DNA of 64,000 bases. Source: an uncultured Schleiferiaceae bacterium. Lineage in GTDB: Bacteria > Bacteroidota > Bacteroidia > Flavobacteriales > Schleiferiaceae. A program made the translations under genes and the position numbers. Each line of letters opens with the position of its first letter. The stretch's first letter is position 1. The stretch spans positions 5,793-69,792 of the forward strand of contig CBFHSF010000001.1 of assembly GCA_965658445.1 (NCBI GenBank), in the 5' to 3' direction. Shown in pieces: positions 1-9,141 of this stretch. The notes below the pieces were generated by a model. The model saw nothing but the letters and a program-made list of their open reading frames with translations, ran no database searches and was not told the DNA's origin.

Positions 1-1
1 T

Positions 2-1279
2 ATGTCCCTTTTAAAGAATGTCGGTTTAGGGTTGTTTATTTCAGTCCTCCTTTGGTCTTGTTCAAAGGAAGATGCCAGCATTCCTGTAATTTCTATTGAG
101 AAACCTACTACTGGGACGGTTGTGTTTATCCCTGAAGATATGGTGGTTAAAGCGTCCGTAAGCGATCCTGACTTGGGTTCTATACGGGTAGAACTCGTGG
201 ACGATAGATTTCGTCAGGTCCTGCCTCCTCAATGGGTTAAAGTTACATCAACCAACATGGATTTTCAAATCAATTACCCAATATATGGGAAAGAATTATC
301 CACAGGGGATTACTACATTAAGATTACCGCCGCCAACAGTGATAACCAGGCGACTGCGTTTAAAAAGATTTGGGTAGAGGGCATTCCTCTCCATTACAAA
401 GGACTATTTGCTATAGGACAATCCGGACCACAAATTCAATGGTCTAAATTGGACTCTTTAGGAAATGTTTCTACGCTACCAGCCATCTCTTCAATGGTCT
501 ATGGATTGGCGGTAAATTCAGAGGAGAGTCAAGTTTCTATTGCCACCCAACAGACGGAACAAATCAAGACCTATTACACAGAAGATCTCCAAATGCCGGA
601 ATGGACTCAGAGCCTTATTGGTTCCAACCTTTCCATCACGCAATGGGTAGAACACGACGGGTTGTTTTTGGGTTTGTTTTCTGATGGTTGGATACGCGCC
701 TATCGATTCAACGGTACGCAGGCTTGGTCTACTCAATTACCAGACAGTTACGTCCCGTTTAAAATTTTCGATACAGAAGATCAATGGACAGTCTACGCGG
801 TTCAGACCGGAACCCAGTTTAAGAGAATCTACAAGTTAAACCGATCTACGGGTGCGCTCTTGTTGATTAAAGATGTGCTGCATCCCGTTCTCGATATTCT
901 TCCCAATTTTCAGGGATATTGGTTGATTTTTCAGGAATCTGATGGAACCTCAATCTTTCCTTTTGACGCCCCTAACAACAACATCGGTCCTTCTTTGTAT
1001 TCCACGGGTAAAACGGCACAGTCCGCAATTTCCATTACGGATCAAATTCAGATTTGGGCCTTAGAAGACGGTGTGTATCAGTTTACAGTGTCACCTCTAG
1101 GATTGACTCCAGTAGATGGAGTGGTGGTTGACAAAATGCTTTTTGATCCCCTTTCGCAAAGAATTCTCTATGCCTCTGGAAATACCCTAGAATGGGTTCA
1201 GTATCCAGGGTTTCAAACATCACAAACCATTGTGTTGCCTCACAATGCTGATTATGTGGATTTGTTGTATAATAAATAG
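2..1279 (+). CDS. putative lipoprotein, function unknown
   Basis: 425-aa ORF starting at ATG 2. N-terminal signal peptide ends in lipobox LLWSC. No family recognised. Confidence 0.6.
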   Translation: MSLLKNVGLGLFISVLLWSCSKEDASIPVISIEKPTTGTVVFIPEDMVVKASVSDPDLGSIRVELVDDRFRQVLPPQWVKVTSTNMDFQINYPIYGKELSTGDYYIKITAANSDNQATAFKKIWVEGIPLHYKGLFAIGQSGPQIQWSKLDSLGNVSTLPAISSMVYGLAVNSEESQVSIATQQTEQIKTYYTEDLQMPEWTQSLIGSNLSITQWVEHDGLFLGLFSDGWIRAYRFNGTQAWSTQLPDSYVPFKIFDTEDQWTVYAVQTGTQFKRIYKLNRSTGALLLIKDVLHPVLDILPNFQGYWLIFQESDGTSIFPFDAPNNNIGPSLYSTGKTAQSAISITDQIQIWALEDGVYQFTVSPLGLTPVDGVVVDKMLFDPLSQRILYASGNTLEWVQYPGFQTSQTIVLPHNADYVDLLYNK

Positions 1280-1347
1280 TGAACAGTGAACAGTGAGCAG
1301 GCAATGGGCAACGGGGATGAGTGGTGAGCCGAGTTCCCAATCCCCAA
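1278..1347 (+). repeat. degenerate heptanucleotide tandem array (about 10 heptads)
   Basis: AGTGAAC AGTGAAC AGTGAGC AGGCAAT GGGCAAC GGGGATG AGTGGTG AGCCGAG TTCCCAA TCCCCAA, beginning inside the stop codon of the upstream gene. Confidence 0.85.
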
Positions 1348-1353
1348 ATAAAA

Positions 1354-1377
1354 AAGCCCCTTCAACAGAAGAGGCTT
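1354..1377. terminator. hairpin between convergent genes (bidirectional terminator candidate)
   Basis: AAGCCCCTTC-AACA-GAAGAGGCTT with one mismatch. An A-run precedes it and a T-rich run follows it. Confidence 0.55.
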
Positions 1378-1402
1378 TGTTAGTTTTATTTGAAGAGAAA
1401 TC

Positions 1403-2365
1403 TTATCCCTTGGTTACTCCCATTTCACCGAATTTATCGATGCGTTGAGAAACCAATTTATCCACAGACATTCCCTGTAGGTCTTTGAGCTCTTTGAGGA
1501 TGGTTTTCTTAACCGTATCAAAGATGGCCTCGGGATTGTTGTGAGCACCTCCAAGGGGTTCTTTGATGATTCCATCAATCAATTTGTTTTTGAGCATGTC
1601 TTTGGCGGTAAGCTTTAGGGCTTCTGCAGCTTGCTCCTTGTAGTCCCAAGATCTCCATAGGATGGAAGAACAAGATTCAGGAGAAATTACAGAGTACCAA
1701 GTGTTTTCCAACATCAATACCTTGTCTCCAACGCCAATTCCCAATGCACCTCCTGAAGCACCTTCACCGATGATCACACAAATGATGGGCACTTTGAGTA
1801 CAGACATTTCAAAAATGTTGCGGGCAATGGCTTCCCCTTGACCTCTCTCCTCAGCTTCCAATCCTGGGAAGGCTCCTGGAGTGTCGATCAAACATACTAC
1901 CGGACGGTTAAACTTCTCGGCCATCTTCATCAAGCGAAGTGCCTTGCGGTAACCTTCTGGGTTGGGCATTCCGAAGTTGCGGTACTGGCGCATTTTAGTG
2001 TTTACCCCTTTCTGCTGACCTACAAACATTACGGATTGGTCGCCGATTTTTCCCCAGCCACCTACCATGGCCTTGTCGTCTTTTACGTGACGATCCCCGT
2101 GCAACTCAATAAAGTTACCATCTGTCATCGCCTCAATGTACGCCATAGTATAGGGGCGCTGAGGGTGTCTAGACAGTTGCACGCGTTGCCAAGGAGTTAG
2201 GTTTTTGGCAATATCTTTTTTGGTTTCTTCTAATTTTTTCTGGAGGTCAGAAATGGTTTTTGACATGTCCACCGCTGACTCCTCTTGCAATTGACTTGCT
2301 TTTTCAATCTGGTCTTCTACGTCCTTAATAGGTGTTTCGAAATCTAAATATTCCATGAATGACAT
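1403..2365 (-). CDS. accA: acetyl-CoA carboxylase carboxyltransferase subunit alpha
   Basis: Full-length AccA-like sequence: [59 protein letters not shown]. Confidence 0.95.
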   Translation of the reverse strand: MSFMEYLDFETPIKDVEDQIEKASQLQEESAVDMSKTISDLQKKLEETKKDIAKNLTPWQRVQLSRHPQRPYTMAYIEAMTDGNFIELHGDRHVKDDKAMVGGWGKIGDQSVMFVGQQKGVNTKMRQYRNFGMPNPEGYRKALRLMKMAEKFNRPVVCLIDTPGAFPGLEAEERGQGEAIARNIFEMSVLKVPIICVIIGEGASGGALGIGVGDKVLMLENTWYSVISPESCSSILWRSWDYKEQAAEALKLTAKDMLKNKLIDGIIKEPLGGAHNNPEAIFDTVKKTILKELKDLQGMSVDKLVSQRIDKFGEMGVTKG

Positions 2366-2405
2366 GTTTAGGTCGGCAAATTACAAAATTTGGTATTCCA
2401 GCGCT

Positions 2406-3305
2406 TCACTCTTGGGGTAAAGCTTCCTTTTTTGCCTTGTTTTTTTTGATTCGTTTGATTACTCCGTTGGAAACCACTGCAATAAGAATGGTTGCACCTC
2501 CTAAATAAAAAGCAGGTGTCATTTTTTCTGCATCGCCAAAGAGCACAAAGGCAAGGAGAATTCCATAAACGGGTTCTAGGTTAATGGTCAGTAATATGGT
2601 AAAGGGACTCAAGTCTTTCATAACTCGCACGCTTTCCAAGAAAGGATAGGCCGTGGCAACGGAGCCCAAAATCAACAAATATCCCCAATCGTACATAGAA
2701 ACTTGAGTGAAGAAATCGAGGGTCAAAGGTTGGGTGAACAAAATGAAAATCCCCACAAAGAGCCATCCACCTATCATTTCCCAAGCAGTGATCGACGTGC
2801 TTGTCAATCCTCTTTTAACGTGAATGCCATTTATTACGGAAAACAGTGCCGATAAAAAGGCCGAGACCAATGCCGTTAGGATCCCTGCAAAATATTGCGT
2901 TTCTACCGCGAAAATGGTTGAAATCCCCACAATGACCAGAATGCCCATGACAATTTCAAAAATGTCAATTTTTCTCTTGTAAAAGATGGGTTCCAGTAGA
3001 GAACCAAAAAAGCTTCCCGAACTCAAACAGGCCAGCGTAACGCTGATGTTACTGATTTTTATGGCGTGGAAAAAGGTAATCCAATGCAGTGCTATGAGAA
3101 GCCCCGTTCCCAACAATGCCCAGCGGGCTTTCGCCGAAACTTTAAAGGGAATCTTGGCAATCCATAAATACCCCAAGAAAAAGGCAATGGCAATTCCCAT
3201 TCGGTACCAAACCAAAGAGACGGCTTCCAAGCTGATCAAATGACCCAGTATGGCGGTAAACCCCCATATGAAAACTATGAAGTGTAACTTGATTTGCGAG
3301 TTCAT
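2406..3305 (-). CDS. EamA/DMT family transporter
   Basis: 299-aa polytopic membrane protein with about 10 hydrophobic helices in two halves, as in EamA repeats. Its start overlaps the upstream stop (TAATG). Confidence 0.75.
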   Translation of the reverse strand: MNSQIKLHFIVFIWGFTAILGHLISLEAVSLVWYRMGIAIAFFLGYLWIAKIPFKVSAKARWALLGTGLLIALHWITFFHAIKISNISVTLACLSSGSFFGSLLEPIFYKRKIDIFEIVMGILVIVGISTIFAVETQYFAGILTALVSAFLSALFSVINGIHVKRGLTSTSITAWEMIGGWLFVGIFILFTQPLTLDFFTQVSMYDWGYLLILGSVATAYPFLESVRVMKDLSPFTILLTINLEPVYGILLAFVLFGDAEKMTPAFYLGGATILIAVVSNGVIKRIKKNKAKKEALPQE

Positions 3306-4390
3306 TACTTAGGCGCGGTTTTGTAAAGGAAAATGCCCAAGATGGCAAAGACAATATTGGGAACCCAAACGGCAACCATTGGCGTTAAATCGCCATGCGT
3401 GGAAAAGGTTGTGGACACCTGCATCAGGAATATGTAAACCGTGGACAACAGGAGCCCCAATGCGATATTGAGCCCCAAACCTCCTCTTGACTTTTTGGTA
3501 CTCAAAGAGACGGCTATCAAAATCAAAATAAAGGTAGAGAAGGGAAAGGCCGTTCGCTTGTACAGTTCGATTTCGTGGTAATTCACTTTTTCAGATCCCC
3601 TGAGAACTTCTGTGTCAATAAAAGACAGAAGCTCTGGAGTGTCCATCATGGAAGTGGTGAAGAGCTTGGGGACTACGTCCTCAGGCAAGAAGGGATAAAT
3701 GGTGTCCAATCTTCTGCCCGTGCTCAACAGTTCGGTGCCGTCTTCCAGAATTTCTCTTCGAACCCAATTGTCCAGCCTCCAGATTTTTTTGATGGAGTCG
3801 TAGCGAATAAAATCCGCATCCAACTTGTTGATCATGCGACTCTTCTCATACACTTCATAAGAGAAGTTGTATCCGCTCTGACCTCTTTCATTAAAGCTAC
3901 CCAAAAAGATGACGTGATTGGGCTTTACCTGAAAGTGAATGTCCTGAGATTTGAGGTCTTGATTTTGGTTGTTGTTGATGTAGGTGTTCTCGAAGTTGAG
4001 GCGATCAATATTGGTTTTGGGAATGACAAAGTGATTCATCCACATGCTCAATCCAAATACGACCAAGGCTCCGTAGAAAAAGGGCAGCATCAAGCGTCGA
4101 TAGCTAATACTTGCGGACAAGATGGCTACGATTTCTGTACGAGCCGTCATTCTCGAAGTAAACCAAATCGTAGAAATAAATACGATTAACGAAGAAAATA
4201 GATTGCCGTAAAAGGCGATGAAATTCACATAGTAATCCATGAAAATCTCCCTTCCTGAGGCTCCTTTGGACACAAAGTCTTCCAGTTTTTCAGAGACGTC
4301 AAATACGATGGCAATGAGCATGATGAGCATCAGCACCGTAAAGAAAGTCCCAAGGAACTTAAAGAATATGTAGCGGTCAATTAACTTCAT
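3305..4390 (-). CDS. LptF/LptG (YjgP/YjgQ) family permease
   Basis: N-terminus MKLIDRYIFFKFLGTFF is typical of the family, with TM helices at both ends and a central soluble domain. Start moved to ATG 4390, which overlaps the tgt stop by 1 nt (TAATG). The ORF-track start at 4432 lies inside tgt. Confidence 0.85.
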   Translation of the reverse strand: MKLIDRYIFFKFLGTFFTVLMLIMLIAIVFDVSEKLEDFVSKGASGREIFMDYYVNFIAFYGNLFSSLIVFISTIWFTSRMTARTEIVAILSASISYRRLMLPFFYGALVVFGLSMWMNHFVIPKTNIDRLNFENTYINNNQNQDLKSQDIHFQVKPNHVIFLGSFNERGQSGYNFSYEVYEKSRMINKLDADFIRYDSIKKIWRLDNWVRREILEDGTELLSTGRRLDTIYPFLPEDVVPKLFTTSMMDTPELLSFIDTEVLRGSEKVNYHEIELYKRTAFPFSTFILILIAVSLSTKKSRGGLGLNIALGLLLSTVYIFLMQVSTTFSTHGDLTPMVAVWVPNIVFAILGIFLYKTAPK

Positions 4391-5520
4391 TACAATCGGG
4401 TCTGAACCTTTTCTACCATGACGTTTTTCCAAGAGGCAAAGGTGCCTTCTACAATGTGCTTTCTCGCTTCAGTTACTAACCAAAGGTAAAACGAAAGATT
4501 GTGTATAGAGGCGATTTGCCTCCCTAAATATTCATTGGCGTGAAACAGGTGTCTTACATAGGACTTTGAGTAGGTCTGGTCCACGTACTGATCACTGTTG
4601 GGGTCCAATGGGGAGAAGTCTCTCTCCCATTTTTTGTTTTTGATATTGATGATGCCTTCGGAAGTAAAAATCATACCATTTCTACCATTTCTCGTGGGCA
4701 TAACACAGTCAAACATATCCACTCCCAAAGCAATGTTTTCCAAAATATTAGCAGGAGTTCCCACGCCCATTAAGTATCTGGGCTTGTCTTCAGGGAGAAT
4801 GTCACAAACTTCCTCCGCCATGGCATACATTTCTTCGTGGGGTTCTCCCACAGAAAGACCACCAATGGCATTTCCCTCGCGGCCTTGTTCAGCGATAAAT
4901 TCTGCACTGCGCTTTCTCAAATCCGAATACACCGATCCTTGAACGATGGGGAAGAGGGTCTGCGAAAAACCATAGAGAGGCTCTGTACTGTCAAATCGCT
5001 CTATGCATCGCTTGAGCCAGCGGTGCGTCATTTCCATGGAATCCTTGGCGTAGCCGTATTCGCAAGGGTAGGGTGTACACTCGTCAAAGGCCATAATGAT
5101 GTCCGCGCCAATAATGCGCTGAGTGTCCATTACGTTTTCTGGCGTAAACATATGAGAAGAACCGTCTATGTGACTTCTGAATTTCACACCGGCCTCAGTA
5201 ATTTTTCTCATATCGCCAAGAGAATACACTTGGTAGCCTCCGCTATCGGTTAGCATGGGTCTATCCCAATTCATATAAGCGTGTAAACCCCCCGCTTCTC
5301 TGAGGGTCTCCATTCCGGGACGGAGATAGAGGTGGTAGGTGTTTCCCAAAATAATCTGGGCCTTTACATCTTCTTTGAGCTCGCGCTGATGAACTCCCTT
5401 CACGGTTCCGGCAGTTCCCACGGGCATAAAGATGGGAGTTTGAATTTCTCCTCTATCGGTTTTTACCACGCCCGCTCGGGCTTTGCTCTTGGGGTCCTTA
5501 TGTTCAAGCGAAAATTCCAA
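4390..5520 (-). CDS. tgt: tRNA-guanine transglycosylase
   Basis: Motifs TPIFMPVGT, LTDSGGYQ and VMPTRNGRNG. There is no ATG near the 5' end. The candidate starts are TTG at 5520 and TTG at 5544. The 5544 TTG lies inside a TACTTTTG promoter-like box, so 5520 is preferred. Confidence 0.93.
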   Translation of the reverse strand: MEFSLEHKDPKSKARAGVVKTDRGEIQTPIFMPVGTAGTVKGVHQRELKEDVKAQIILGNTYHLYLRPGMETLREAGGLHAYMNWDRPMLTDSGGYQVYSLGDMRKITEAGVKFRSHIDGSSHMFTPENVMDTQRIIGADIIMAFDECTPYPCEYGYAKDSMEMTHRWLKRCIERFDSTEPLYGFSQTLFPIVQGSVYSDLRKRSAEFIAEQGREGNAIGGLSVGEPHEEMYAMAEEVCDILPEDKPRYLMGVGTPANILENIALGVDMFDCVMPTRNGRNGMIFTSEGIINIKNKKWERDFSPLDPNSDQYVDQTYSKSYVRHLFHANEYLGRQIASIHNLSFYLWLVTEARKHIVEGTFASWKNVMVEKVQTRL

Positions 5521-5541
5521 TGCTAATTCTTTTTGCGGATT

Positions 5542-5549
5542 CAAAAGTA
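5542..5549 (-). promoter_or_regulatory. Bacteroidota -7 box TACTTTTG (TAnnTTTG) upstream of tgt
   Basis: Reverse complement of CAAAAGTA, 22 nt upstream of the TTG at 5520. Confidence 0.45.
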
Positions 5550-5615
5550 CCTAATCTCACCGTATTGACCATCCTAATTAATGTTGGGTTAACTATGCCA
5601 AGAGTCAATTATTGT

Positions 5616-5623
5616 TAATTTTG
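5616..5623 (+). promoter_or_regulatory. -7 box TAATTTTG upstream of serC
   Basis: Matches TAnnTTTG, 27 nt before ATG 5650. Confidence 0.5.
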
Positions 5624-5649
5624 CCTGCAATAACATAGATGCACTCATA

Positions 5650-6717
5650 ATGAAGAAGCACAATTTTTCTGCCGGACCCTGTATACTCCCCGATTCGGTA
5701 ATGAAACAAGCCTCAGATGCCATCCTTAATTTTGATGGTTTAGACCTATCCCTCATCGAAATTTCTCACCGCTCAAAGAACTTCGTAGAAGTAATGGAAA
5801 GAGCTCAGCAATTGGTTAAAGACCTCATGGGTCTTCCCGAAGGCTACTCCGTTCTCTTCTTGCAAGGTGGAGCAAGTTTGGAATTCCTAATGGTTCCCTA
5901 CAACCTCATGAAAGAAGGTGGTAAAGCCGCTTACCTCGATACGGGTACTTGGGCAAACAAAGCCATCAAGGAGGCCAAGGCCTTTGGAGGTACTGATGTT
6001 TTGGGTTCTTCTGCTGACAAAAACTATAATTACATCCCAAAGGGTTACACCGTGGGATCTGAATACGATTACTTCCACTGTACTTCCAACAACACCATTT
6101 TTGGAACGCAGATGAAGTCTTTTCCACAAGTAGATACTCTTAAGGTGTGTGATATGTCTTCTGACATCTTTAGCCGCCAGTTGGACTTCTCTTCTTTTGA
6201 TTTAATCTACGCCGGTGCTCAGAAAAACATGGGACCTGCAGGAACTACTTTGGTCGTTGTAAAAGATGAAATCTTAGGCAAGACCGGAAGAAACATTCCC
6301 ACCATGTTGGATTACCAGACTCACATCAAGAAGGAGTCTATGTTCAACACGCCTCCTGTTTTCCCCATCTTCGTTTCTATGCTTACTCTAGAGTGGCTTA
6401 AGAACAATGGAGGAATTTCTTGGATTGAAGGTATCAACCGCCAAAAAGCAGACTTGTTGTACAACGAAATTGACAACAACCCCTTGTTTAAAGGAGCCGC
6501 TGCGACGGAAGATCGTTCGGATATGAACGCTACTTTCCTTTTGACAGAAGAAGGTCTCAAGGACGAATTCGATGCTATGTGGAAAGCGGCGGGAATCAAC
6601 GGACTTAACGGTCACCGTTCTGTTGGAGGTTACCGCGCTTCAATGTACAATGCCCTTCCTTTGGAGAGTGTACAGGTGTTGGTAGATGTAATGAGAGATT
6701 TGGCTAAAAAGGCCTAG
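5650..6717 (+). CDS. serC: phosphoserine aminotransferase
   Basis: NFSAGPCILP N-terminus, GAQKNMGPAG with the PLP lysine region, and a 355-aa SerC-like length. Confidence 0.95.
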   Translation: MKKHNFSAGPCILPDSVMKQASDAILNFDGLDLSLIEISHRSKNFVEVMERAQQLVKDLMGLPEGYSVLFLQGGASLEFLMVPYNLMKEGGKAAYLDTGTWANKAIKEAKAFGGTDVLGSSADKNYNYIPKGYTVGSEYDYFHCTSNNTIFGTQMKSFPQVDTLKVCDMSSDIFSRQLDFSSFDLIYAGAQKNMGPAGTTLVVVKDEILGKTGRNIPTMLDYQTHIKKESMFNTPPVFPIFVSMLTLEWLKNNGGISWIEGINRQKADLLYNEIDNNPLFKGAAATEDRSDMNATFLLTEEGLKDEFDAMWKAAGINGLNGHRSVGGYRASMYNALPLESVQVLVDVMRDLAKKA

Positions 6718-6742
6718 GCCTTTAAACATAAAAAGAAAGAAA

Positions 6743-7705
6743 ATGAAAGTATTAGCAAACGACGGAATTTCAGCCAGTGGAAAGGCGGCTCTAGAAGCCA
6801 ACGGCCACGTTCTATTGGAAACTACCGTTGCTCAAGATCAGTTGGCGGCCTTTATCCAGAGCGAGAACATTGAAGTTCTCTTGGTAAGAAGTGCTACCAA
6901 GGTGAGAAAAGACCTTATCGACGTATGTCCTTCTTTGAAAGTTATTGGAAGAGGTGGCGTAGGTATGGACAACATCGACGTGGAATACGCCAGAGAAAAA
7001 GGACTTAAGGTGATCAACACACCCGCGGCTTCTTCTCAGTCTGTTGCCGAATTGGTTTTTGCCCATTTGGCTGGAATGGTGAGATTCCTTCACGACAGCA
7101 ACCGCAACATGCCTTTGGAAGGCGACAGCAAATTCAAGCAATTGAAGAAAGCGTATGCTGGTGGTGTAGAGCTCAAGGGAAGAACTTTGGGTATCGTTGG
7201 TTTTGGAAGAATTGGACAAGCGCTTGCCAAGTTGGCCCTAGGTCACGGTATGGATGTTTGTTTCTACGATATGATCACCGGAGATGTAGAGTTGGATTTA
7301 GAATTGGGTAACGGGGCGTCTGCTAAGGCCACCGTAAAATGGACTGAATTCGAAGATCTTCTCAAGACTTCAGACTTTATTTCTCTTCACGTTCCCGGAG
7401 CTGGCAAGGCGCTTATCGGAGCGGAGGAAATGGCCAAAATGAAGCCCGGTTCTGGATTGCTCAACGCAGCACGCGGTGGAGTGATTGACGAGCCCGCTCT
7501 TTTGGCAGCTCTGGAATCTGGACAAATCAAATACGCCGGTTTGGACGTATTCGAAAATGAGCCCACTCCAGCGGTTCAAGTATTGATGAATGGAAAGGTA
7601 AGTTTGACACCTCACATTGGTGCCGCTACTGAAGAAGCTCAAGACCGCATTGGAACGGAATTGGCAGAACAAATTCACGCCATTTCTCAAGAGGTTACTG
7701 CGTAG
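6743..7705 (+). CDS. serA: D-3-phosphoglycerate dehydrogenase (short 2-hydroxyacid dehydrogenase type, no ACT domain)
   Basis: NAD-binding GIVGFGRIGQALA, catalytic region LTPHIGAAT, and position immediately downstream of serC. Confidence 0.85.
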   Translation: MKVLANDGISASGKAALEANGHVLLETTVAQDQLAAFIQSENIEVLLVRSATKVRKDLIDVCPSLKVIGRGGVGMDNIDVEYAREKGLKVINTPAASSQSVAELVFAHLAGMVRFLHDSNRNMPLEGDSKFKQLKKAYAGGVELKGRTLGIVGFGRIGQALAKLALGHGMDVCFYDMITGDVELDLELGNGASAKATVKWTEFEDLLKTSDFISLHVPGAGKALIGAEEMAKMKPGSGLLNAARGGVIDEPALLAALESGQIKYAGLDVFENEPTPAVQVLMNGKVSLTPHIGAATEEAQDRIGTELAEQIHAISQEVTA

Positions 7706-7734
7706 GTAGGAATTTCAAGAATGATAAATCAAAC

Positions 7735-7775
7735 GGGGAAGTCGAGAGAACATCTTTTGGCTTCCCCTTTTTTTT
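7735..7775 (+). terminator. rho-independent terminator after serA
   Basis: GGGGAAG ... CTTCCCC stem followed by T8. Confidence 0.8.
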
Positions 7776-7888
7776 GTCGCATACGTTGGCTACAAAAGTT
7801 AAAGTGCAAACCCAATGTCCAAATCCAATGTGTTGTATTCTCAACATAATTCTTAGAACCCTGAAGGCCCTAAAGTCGTTACAAAATG

Positions 7889-7896
7889 TAACTTTG
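7889..7896 (+). promoter_or_regulatory. -7 box TAACTTTG upstream of the DUF1015 gene
   Basis: Matches TAnnTTTG, 22 nt before ATG 7918. Overlaps the palindrome GTTACA-AAA-TGTAAC. Confidence 0.45.
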
Positions 7897-7917
7897 TCGT
7901 CCCCCAGATGATAACAC

Positions 7918-9141
7918 ATGATTAAGATTACACCTTTTAGGGCGTTGCGTCCTACCCGAGATAAGGCGAACCTTGTGGGTTCGAGAAATTACGTTGAGTA
8001 CACAGAAGAATCCCTTCAGGATAAACTCAATAACAATCCCTACACTTTTCTTCACGTCATCAACCCTGACTTTCACAGCCCCGATCGCGCTGTGGGTCAA
8101 GAGAAGTACGAAAAGGTAAGAAAAGCCTTCTTGAAGTTTATTGACAAGGGCATTTTCTTAGAAGACAAGAAAGACGCCTTCTACATCTATCAACAGCAAA
8201 CCGAAAATCACCTGTACACAGGAATTATCGGAGGCGCTTCGGTTGAAGATTATCAGAAGGGAAAAATAAAAAAACACGAGAACACCTTGGCTCCCAGGGA
8301 AGAGATGTTCAAAGAATATCTTCACCACACCGGTTTTAATGCCGAGCCCGTTTTGCTTCTACACCAAGAGCTCAACGAGGTATCTCAATTGATAGGGAAG
8401 TACATAGACACCCGAGCAGAGTACGAGTTTTCTACTACTGACAAAGTGGTTCACTACCTGTGGGTGGTCAATGACGATCAAGACATAGCCTCCATTCAGC
8501 ATGCCTTTTCTACTTTGGATGAGGTCTACATTGCAGACGGCCACCACCGTTCTGCAAGCTCTGCACTCTTGGGTGCGGAAAACGAAGGCAAGACGCCACC
8601 GCTGGATTCCTTTATGGCCTTTTTCCTTTCAGAAACCACGATCAAGATTCACGAGTTCAACCGTTTGGTAAAGACTCTGGGAGACTTGTCTGAGGAAGCG
8701 TTTTTGGAGAGAGTGTCGAAGAGGTTCTCTGTCGTGGAACTCAAAAAGGACGTTTACAAGCCCGAGACGTTGCACGAGATGAGCATGTACCTCAAAGGCC
8801 ATTGGTATGCATTGTACGCCAAGCCCGGAAGCTTTAATCCAGAAAACCCAGTGGAATCATTGGACTGTCATATTTTGTCTGAGAATCTATTGGCTCCCGT
8901 TTTGGGCATCGAAGATTTGAGAACCGACAACCGCGTTTCTTTCTTGCCCGGTGACTGCGGCCCCGAAGGTTTGATGGAGAAAGTAGATTCCGGAGACTAC
9001 GCGGTAGGTTTTGGTTTGCTGCCCGTTTCTGTAGATCAACTCAAGGAAGTGGCTGATGCCGAAATGGTCATGCCCCCAAAGAGTACGTATATTGAACCGA
9101 AATTGCGTTCCGGAATTACCATTTATAAACTCAGAGATTGA
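7918..9141 (+). CDS. DUF1015 family protein
   Basis: 407 aa. The N-terminal IKITPFRALRP and the ADGHHR motif are characteristic of DUF1015 as I recall it. Confidence 0.75.
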   Translation: MIKITPFRALRPTRDKANLVGSRNYVEYTEESLQDKLNNNPYTFLHVINPDFHSPDRAVGQEKYEKVRKAFLKFIDKGIFLEDKKDAFYIYQQQTENHLYTGIIGGASVEDYQKGKIKKHENTLAPREEMFKEYLHHTGFNAEPVLLLHQELNEVSQLIGKYIDTRAEYEFSTTDKVVHYLWVVNDDQDIASIQHAFSTLDEVYIADGHHRSASSALLGAENEGKTPPLDSFMAFFLSETTIKIHEFNRLVKTLGDLSEEAFLERVSKRFSVVELKKDVYKPETLHEMSMYLKGHWYALYAKPGSFNPENPVESLDCHILSENLLAPVLGIEDLRTDNRVSFLPGDCGPEGLMEKVDSGDYAVGFGLLPVSVDQLKEVADAEMVMPPKSTYIEPKLRSGITIYKLRD

